NCBI GenBank assembly: GCA_965235115.1
Contig: OZ249437.1
Location: forward strand, 15,500,001 to 15,564,000
Reading direction: 5' to 3'
Source of the DNA: Laetmonice hystrix
Taxonomy: Eukaryota
DNA: 64,000 nt
Shown here: in pieces, positions 56,597 to 64,000 of the stretch
How positions within the stretch are numbered: the stretch's first letter is position 1
Layout of the letters: each line of letters begins with the position of its first letter
The notes under the pieces: generated by a model
The model's database searches: none
Told to the model about the DNA's origin: nothing
The model's input: the letters and a program-made list of their open reading frames with translations, nothing else
Program-made: the position numbers and the translations under genes

Positions 56597-57072
56597 CAGT
56601 CAGTGGGGGCTGGGGGGGGGGTCCCCTACCAGTACCAGTCAGTGGGGGCTGGGGGGGGGGGTCCCCTACCAGTACCAGTCAGTGGGGGCTGGGTCCCCTA
56701 CCAGTACCAGTCAGTGGGGGCTGGAGGGGGGTCCCTACCAGTACCAGTCAGTGGGGGCTGGGGGGGGGGGGGGTCCCTACCAGTACCAGTCAGTGGGGGC
56801 TGGGGGGGGGGCCCTACCAGTACCAGTCAGTGGGGGCTGGGGGGGGGGGCCCTATCAGTACCAGTCAGTGGGGGCTGGGGGGGGGCTACCAGTACCAGAC
56901 AGTGGGGGCTGGGGGGGGGGTCCCCTACCAGTACCTGTCAGTGGGGGCTGGGGGGGGGCCCCTATCAGTACCAGTCAGTGGGGGCTGGGGGGGGGGCTAC
57001 CAGTACCAGTAAGTGGAGGCTGGGGGGGGGGTCCCCTACCAGTACCAGACAGTCGGGGGTGGGGGGGGGGGT
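56597..57072. repeat. G-run minisatellite, unit about 38-42 bp
   Basis: ccctaccagtaccagtcagtgggggctg(G)n units with variable G-tract length. Confidence 0.88.
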
Positions 57073-57194
57073 GTTTTTTTGCTTGTGTTGAGAATTAATG
57101 AACAGTTTCCCACGTAATTCACCACAATGACCCTGTCTCATCCTTGGATGCATTCATTCTGAACACGAATACCGTTTTCTGTTATCGGGAAAAC

Positions 57195-58547
57195 TGTGTC
57201 CCTGACATCTCAAATAGATTCGTGTCCCTGACATCTCAAATAGATTCGTGTCCCTGACATCTCAAATAGATTTGTGTCTCTGACATCTCAAATAGATTCG
57301 TGTCCCTGACATCTCAAATAGATTCGTGTCCCTGACATCTCAAATAGATTCGTGTCCCTGACATCTCAAATAGATTCGTGTCCCTGACATCTCAAATAGA
57401 TTCGTGTCCCTGACATCTCAAATAGATTCGTGTCCCTGACATCTCAAATAGATTCGTGTCTCTGACATCTCAAATAGATTCGTGTCCGTGACATCTGAAA
57501 TAGATTCGTCTCTCTGACATCTCAAATAGATTCGTGTCTCTGACATCTCAAATAGATTCGTGTCCCTGACATCTCAAATAGATTCGTGTCCCTGATATAT
57601 CAAATAGATTCGTGTCCCTGACATCTCAAATAGATTCGTGTCCCTGACATCTCAAATAGATTAGTGTCCCTGACATCTCAAATAGATTCGTGTCCCTGAC
57701 ATCTCAAATAGATTCGTGTCCCTGACATCTCAAATAGATTCGTGTCCCTGACATCTCAAATAGATTCGTGTCCCTGACATCTCAAATAGATTCGTGTCTC
57801 TGACATCTCAAATAGATTCGTGTACCTGACATCTCAAATAGATTCGTGTCTCTGACATCTCAAATAGATTCGTGTCCCTGACATCTCAAATAGATTCGTG
57901 TCCCTGACATCTCAAATAGATTCGTGTCTCTGACATCTCAAATAGATTCGTGTCCCTGACATCTCAAATAGATTCGTGTCTCTGACATCTCAAATAGATT
58001 TGTGTCCCTGACATCTCAAATAGATTCGTGTCCCTGACATCTCAAATAGATTCGTGTCCCTGACATCTCAAATAGATTCGTGTCCCTGACATCTCAAATA
58101 GATTCGTGTCCCTGACATATCAAATAGATTCGTGTCTCTGACATCTCAAATAGATTCGTGTCCCTGACATATCAAATAGATTCGTGTCCCTGACATATCA
58201 AATAGATTCGTGTCCCTGACATCTCAAATAGATTCGTGTCCCTGACATCTCAAATAGATTCGTGTCCCTGACATCTCAAATAGATTTGTGTCCCTGACAT
58301 CTCAAAATAAATAGATTCGTGTCTCTGACATCTCAAATAGATTTGTGTCCCTGACATCTCAAATAGATTCGTGTCTCTGACATCTCAAATAGATTTGTGT
58401 CCCTGACATCTCAAAATAAATAGATTCGTGTCTCTGACATCTCAAATAGATTTGTGTCCCTGACATCTCAAATAGATTCGTGTCTCTGACATCTCAAATA
58501 GATTTGTGTCCCTGACATCTCAAATAGATTTGTGTCCCTGACATCAA
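57195..58547. repeat. 26-bp tandem satellite, about 52 copies
   Basis: Unit ccctgacatctcaaatagattcgtgt, head-to-tail with no spacers. Confidence 0.95.
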
Positions 58548-61500
58548 ACAGACGTCTGTGTGTGAGAGAGAGAGAGCTGACGTGCCTCCTGAACCTCAGC
58601 CACACCTGTCAAACACCCTGACCGAGATACATATATTTCTGAGGCAGGGTCTAGATACATTTACCTTTGTGTCACCAATCTATTTTAAGATTTTACAGTA
58701 CGGATTGACTTGTATTTTACCGTCGGGTGGGTCTATTTCTATGGATTTCCATGTGGTAAAATATAATCACCATCATCATGCTACAGTCAATACGATAAAA
58801 CAGCCGTAAGGAGCAATTTCATCTCTACATCGGACGGGCTTAAATGTAATATAAACCATGCATCTTTGTATTGTCTGCTTCTAGACGAAACGCCATTAAC
58901 CGTACGTTTTACTTCCATTACTGATGTTTAAATTTTTTTATATACCATTTACACATTGTCTGATTTCCCCCCTCCATACAGAACCTATAGACTGCGGTAC
59001 GTGATGACAAAGTTATTTATTATTATTATTAGTTTATTCTACAACGTTCGATATTCGCAAACCTAGACCTCAACACTGATGAATTTTTCTAGTGCTGTTT
59101 TACATCCATAATTAACTTAATCCATACTCAAACAACATTTTCAAGGCAGCACATTACGCCAAGGCATGTCTCGCGCCACATTGTCATTCCTAATTTAAAA
59201 TGCAGATTTATTTTCATTCCAGTAGCACTTTATCTGGTATAGACTATAGGTCATGTGACCAGACCGGTTGCCATGGTTCCAATCTCTGCCACCGTTTCCA
59301 TCCTTTTTACCATTCATTGAGGTTACTGAAGCACCTATCACAATGAGATAGAGTGCCTATGTTCTGTACATGTTAACACCGGGTCTGTAGGGCTCTGTGA
59401 GACATGTTCTCCATACATCATACCCCCACCGACGACCTCCCACTGGATGTAGCTCCATGGCCCGCATCGCCCCCCCCCCCAACACCAGACGGCGCTGCTG
59501 GTACTGGCCACCCCGCGGTAGATTCCCCATGGTAATATCTACGCGAAAATGGGTGGCAAAAGTAAAAATTCTATTACTAGTACTGTTCCCAGACCCAAAT
59601 CTAATATTAACCCCTTCTAGACCCCCCCCCCCCGACCGCCCATACCACCCAATTTCGCACGCCACTCACTACCCCCCCCCCCCCCTCCCGACACACACGT
59701 TTTTTGGTTGACACCTCACTACAGCCATTCAAACCCTTTAACGGCTCATTCCCACGGTAGCATCAAGTTAATACACTCTAGCCATGTCTTCATCATCTGG
59801 TTTGCGCATAGGTCATGCATACAATTCTTAGAAATGACGCAAAGTCAATGACAAGATTTGTCTTTTAGAAATTGTCCTCCGTTAAAGAATTAAGGATTTT
59901 ACGGTACACTGTAAAACTGGGGAGCTCTGTCAGAAATCTTAGTGGGCAATACTTTTAAGTAACGTGATGATGACTTGACCCAATCTTTCTCCATCAAGAA
60001 AGCCACAGTCCGTGGTACATGTATAGAGAGCCGGTCTACAGCCCCAGAAATAACCCACATAAACTCCCAATCCTGCCACAGTCTGTCAATTCCAGACCGT
60101 CTTTCATGGATTCATGCATTCAGTAATTAAAGTAAATGAGTGTGTCCCAATTAAATAACCAACCTTTGAAAGTATTTAGATATTGACATGGTACTTTTAC
60201 GTGCCTGGGTTAAAGTACCGGTTCTCGTTTAATATACGACAGTATATAGGCGCACTGGAGGCAATATATGTAATGGTGTATGTGGGAGATCAGGCGGCAA
60301 CATTGTCAATAAAAGACAAACGTCTCATTAATCATTGGGCACGGGTATATAATAGCCAGGGACTCGAGGCTAGTGTTAATCTACATGTATACTGCCAGAT
60401 TCAACAGCGAGGATGTACACTGATGAGAACTTCTCCAGTATGTTCAGATTTTAGCGGGCGCAATATTACGAGTCTTGGTCTCCATGCAAAAAAAAAGAAG
60501 GAAGAAATTCTGATCCTACTGTCCATTCCAGCAACCGTATAGGTTCGACCTACAGATACACCGACTAACCGACCCGACCTATACCCGATTAACTATACTC
60601 TGCACAAAGGTTTCCCCTTTTTGAAACACTTCTTGAAATTGCGTAGCAAATGCAGGCAATGCCCCCTTACTGGGACAGGGAATTTAGAAATAAAGTTCTT
60701 AAAAATAAATGCTGCCTGTGTTCTTAGTACACTACAAAAAGACAACGGGTGGGACCCCCCCCCCCCGCCCCATGCGGATGATTATATACAATTGGGTAGT
60801 CAGAATGGTAATGTGCTAACTTTATACCAGATCATCCAGTACTAAATACTGCCACCAACTTCTTGAGGTCAATTATCGGTTCTGGCCGGGGACCACAGTG
60901 ACATGTAATTACTTCAATTATATTATAATAATAACAAATTCTTGCTGTTGATGAATCAGACGTTTGCATGTGGGAAGTCATGAGAATAATCAGAGATGAA
61001 AGGCAAGGTCGACTTCAAGGTCGATCCCCACGGTAACTCCACGAAATTAGGAGGGGGGAGATACTACAAATCTCTCACTATTTGCATATGATTGCATATG
61101 TGTAATCCTAATCCCTAAAACTGTCCCCAGACCTCTCCACAATACTTACCGTATTCCTAGCCCTACCTCTAACATGAACCCCTCCAACCAGCCCCTAGAC
61201 CTCTCCACAATATTTACCCTATTCCTAGCCCTACCTCTAACACGAACCCCCATATTACGATTTTCGTGGGAAGTTCACCTGGAGGATTTACCGACTTCAG
61301 CTGGCACCCCGGTGCAACCACTCTAATCCTGCTCCCAGAGGGCCACAAATAACGATTTATGCTTTAAGTGCCGCCTTTAAAAAATAGTACATGTGTATCC
61401 ACAATTACAAATATTTTGTGAACACGCATTGACCACTCTAATTTTAGACAGACTATTATGGTCAATCGCAAACTTCCCAAATATTTGTAGACTTTATAGT

Positions 61501-62195
61501 GGTACTTTTCTTGAAGGATATATCACTGGCTTCTTTCAAGTTCCTCATTTTAGTGCTTCCTTCTTTTATTCTTAAGAACAAAGCTGTTCTTGCCGTATTG
61601 TTACTACCCATCATTGTTGCTTCTGAATGCTATATTTTACATGCCCGGTCTATTTTGATATCTACCCTCATAACATGCCGATAAAAAGGATTTAACATCC
61701 AAGAGTCGGATTCTGTGAACCCATACGTCTCTCGCTCGTACTCCTGAAGGTATAGTTAATATTGGCCGGTCGGTGGGGCTCGGGATGACCTTTCCCGACA
61801 TGACAGATGACCTCCCATCGCCGACACCAGAGGACAACGGGCGCCCGGACAATCGGTCAGCACGTACGGGAGTAATGAGTCTCAGGAGGACAATCTTGTG
61901 GTCATCTTGTGGTCAGTATGGGAGGGGCTGGACAGACAGCTACCACCTTCAGACTTTCGTCTCCATGCAAGCTCTGTTTCACCATTATCATGGAAGCGAT
62001 AAATCTTATCTGTGAAACTTGTGAACACGGAATCTTTTAGTTTAGGAAAAACTTTTAGGTGGGGACGGTTCAAAATTAACAAAGTTCCCATACAATATCC
62101 CGATTATTTTACCCCCCCCCCCCCCCGACTGATATTTCTCAATTGTTCCAACGGGTCACGTTTTTAACAGCCCTGCATTTCCAAAGTATACTTAC

Positions 62196-62480
62196 GTGTG
62201 TTCTTCCCGGTGTTTCCCTACTAGTAATCTAATCAATGAACCGAATTATCTAACTCAATGTTTGCCGCTAGTTCTCTGTTCTACAATTACAGCCGGCGGT
62301 CTGTTTGTATTGGCGCTGCCGGGATCACGTGATGCCAGATTACACAGCAGCCCGCCAGAAGGTGACGCTGTACCCTGTGTCACCATGTCGACCGTCAGTG
62401 TTCCTTGACATGTGATTGGCTCGGTGCCACCACGTGACAGCCGTCTGGGCGGTAATTAGTGGGTACCGAATGATTGGTTG
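62196..62480 (-). promoter_or_regulatory. Candidate promoter and first non-coding exon (possibly of the PEAK1-like gene)
   Basis: CACGTG E-boxes at 62326 and 62431, ATTGG (CCAAT) at 62415 and 62473, CpG-rich; minus-strand donor CAC|GTAAGT at 62196/62195. Confidence 0.3.
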
Positions 62481-64000
62481 AAAATGATCCCATCATAATT
62501 CGGCAAAATGACGTTACATACTGGCCCCAGAGCAGAGCATGGACAATATTGTACTACATGTGAAATAGGCTTCTTTGGTCTGTCAAACACAGTTTAAAAT
62601 AGGCAATGTTATTAACATTGCCTATTTTGTTAACATTGTTAACATGTAATTTGCAACTATAAGTATAGGCCTGCTGATTGGATGATGTACAGTTCAACCC
62701 ATACCTGTTTAATGGTGTAATTCCATTTAAACTATGATAAATTATTATTTCAATATTCGCCACTACAACATATAGGTGAAATTATTGAGATTGGATCAGA
62801 CAAAAACTGGAATATTCCCATGATTTACATCAAGACCGAGCAAATGTCGTCGTATCCGTTCACAGGGCCGTACCTGGCCGGGGGTGGGGAGTAATCATGG
62901 TGAAAAAATGCTTTTTACGAACAGTCAGAGGAGGTGCATTTTTAAGGGTGTGAATTCATCCTTGTGATAAGGATGCCCTTCTAAACCTATGTCCCCCCAG
63001 CAAATTTTGGCTGCATTCGGTCCTGGTTCAGCTGTTTTATGCCCTAACTGACATCCAGAGTTCCCTGATAATAACCTTTGTACTTTGGACCACCAATTAT
63101 GACACTTTAATCAAATGTGTCATTATCTATAAGGTATAAAAAGGTCCCTCTCCGTACACGTGTACAATCGGCTGGGGTCAGTCGGTTGTAGATATAATCA
63201 GCGGGTTGTCTGCCAGCTCTGGGTGCCCTACGTGTCATACCGCTGACGTTATATCAGTATAAAGTCGTCCCAAGGCCAGAGGTCGGTACAGGATGGCGGT
63301 GGACCACTGAACCTAGGGCTCTGTGTATCCGTACGATAATGGGGCCTACATGAATGATACATGAGGAGAGACCTTGGTCGCCATGGACCGTAAGGAACAA
63401 TTCGTACCGGCCAAGGCTGCCTGGACCCTACGGCAATGGACCGCTAATTCTGCCAACCCGGACTCCTCATACATGTAGCAGGGGGGGGGGGGGGCTTCGG
63501 GATTTTGGGAAGGGGGAGGGGGTCCAAGGGGAAAATCTCTTGCAAAGGGGGGGGGGAGGTCCAACTTGGTTAGTTCTGGGGGCCCTGCTGACCAAACGGA
63601 CCTGTGCTTCACTAGAAAGCAGCAGGGCCCCGTTTTACTTTAGGTTCTAATAGAAGGGTCGTTGCACAATGTGCACTAACTTTCCAGGACGTATTACATG
63701 CTGGTTTTCTTGGATGTCCTGGCTTAACTCCCCCCCCCCCCCCCCCTCCGCCCTCCGCCGAACTCAAGTACCTGGAAACAGTCTGTCGTCCTCACGATAA
63801 GTACAAGGGTTATACCAGGCTTGTTTATACCGTCAGTGTGGAGGTGGCCGCCATGCCCCTTTGGCACATTGCCTCTCATATCCTCAGAACCCTTCACACC
63901 AAGGTCACAGTTCTTGTGGAGAAGTGCCCCCCGGTTTACTTCTCTCCATCTGGTGCGGGTTTTACCTCAAACCTGCTCGGGAAAACCCACACAGTCACAA

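Noticed and set aside
56603-57098. Gly-rich ORFs
   Set aside because: Translations of the G-run minisatellite.
57195-58547. CRISPR array
   Set aside because: 26-bp repeats are head-to-tail without unique spacers, no cas genes, eukaryotic context.
63346-64000. Open frames near the right edge as exons of another gene
   Set aside because: No recognisable motif and no consistent splice phases; needs the adjacent window.

Overview
Intron-rich eukaryotic (animal, probably marine invertebrate; taxon is inference) genomic DNA with one assembly gap (226-355). Left to right: (1) a minus-strand armadillo/HEAT-repeat gene with a long disordered, repeat-containing N-terminus; seven coding exons could be assembled and its 3' end was not found. 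(2) A 10.6-kb, very young Ty3/Gypsy LTR retrotransposon (3190-13813) inserted antisense in a GC-AG intron of that gene, with CCAC target-site duplication, tRNA-His-type PBS, a GGGAAAC -1 frameshift signal, two frame-disrupting lesions and a 2.9-kb non-coding 3' region. (3) A canonical six-exon DHFR, head-to-head with the ARM gene. (4) A tandem, strongly divergent but intact DHFR paralog. (5) A four-exon, 1599-aa PEAK1/pragmin-family pseudokinase on the minus strand. There are also many MITEs, a tRNA-derived SINE, a 2-kb foldback element and several minisatellites. The most novel-looking signals are: four copies of an unassigned structured RNA motif with compensatory base changes just upstream of the retrotransposon PPT; a DHFR paralog that keeps pterin/NADPH-site residues but has lost the pABA-glutamate pocket (Arg70, Leu67, Pro61 equivalents); and a minisatellite built from that paralog's own exon end plus 5' splice site.
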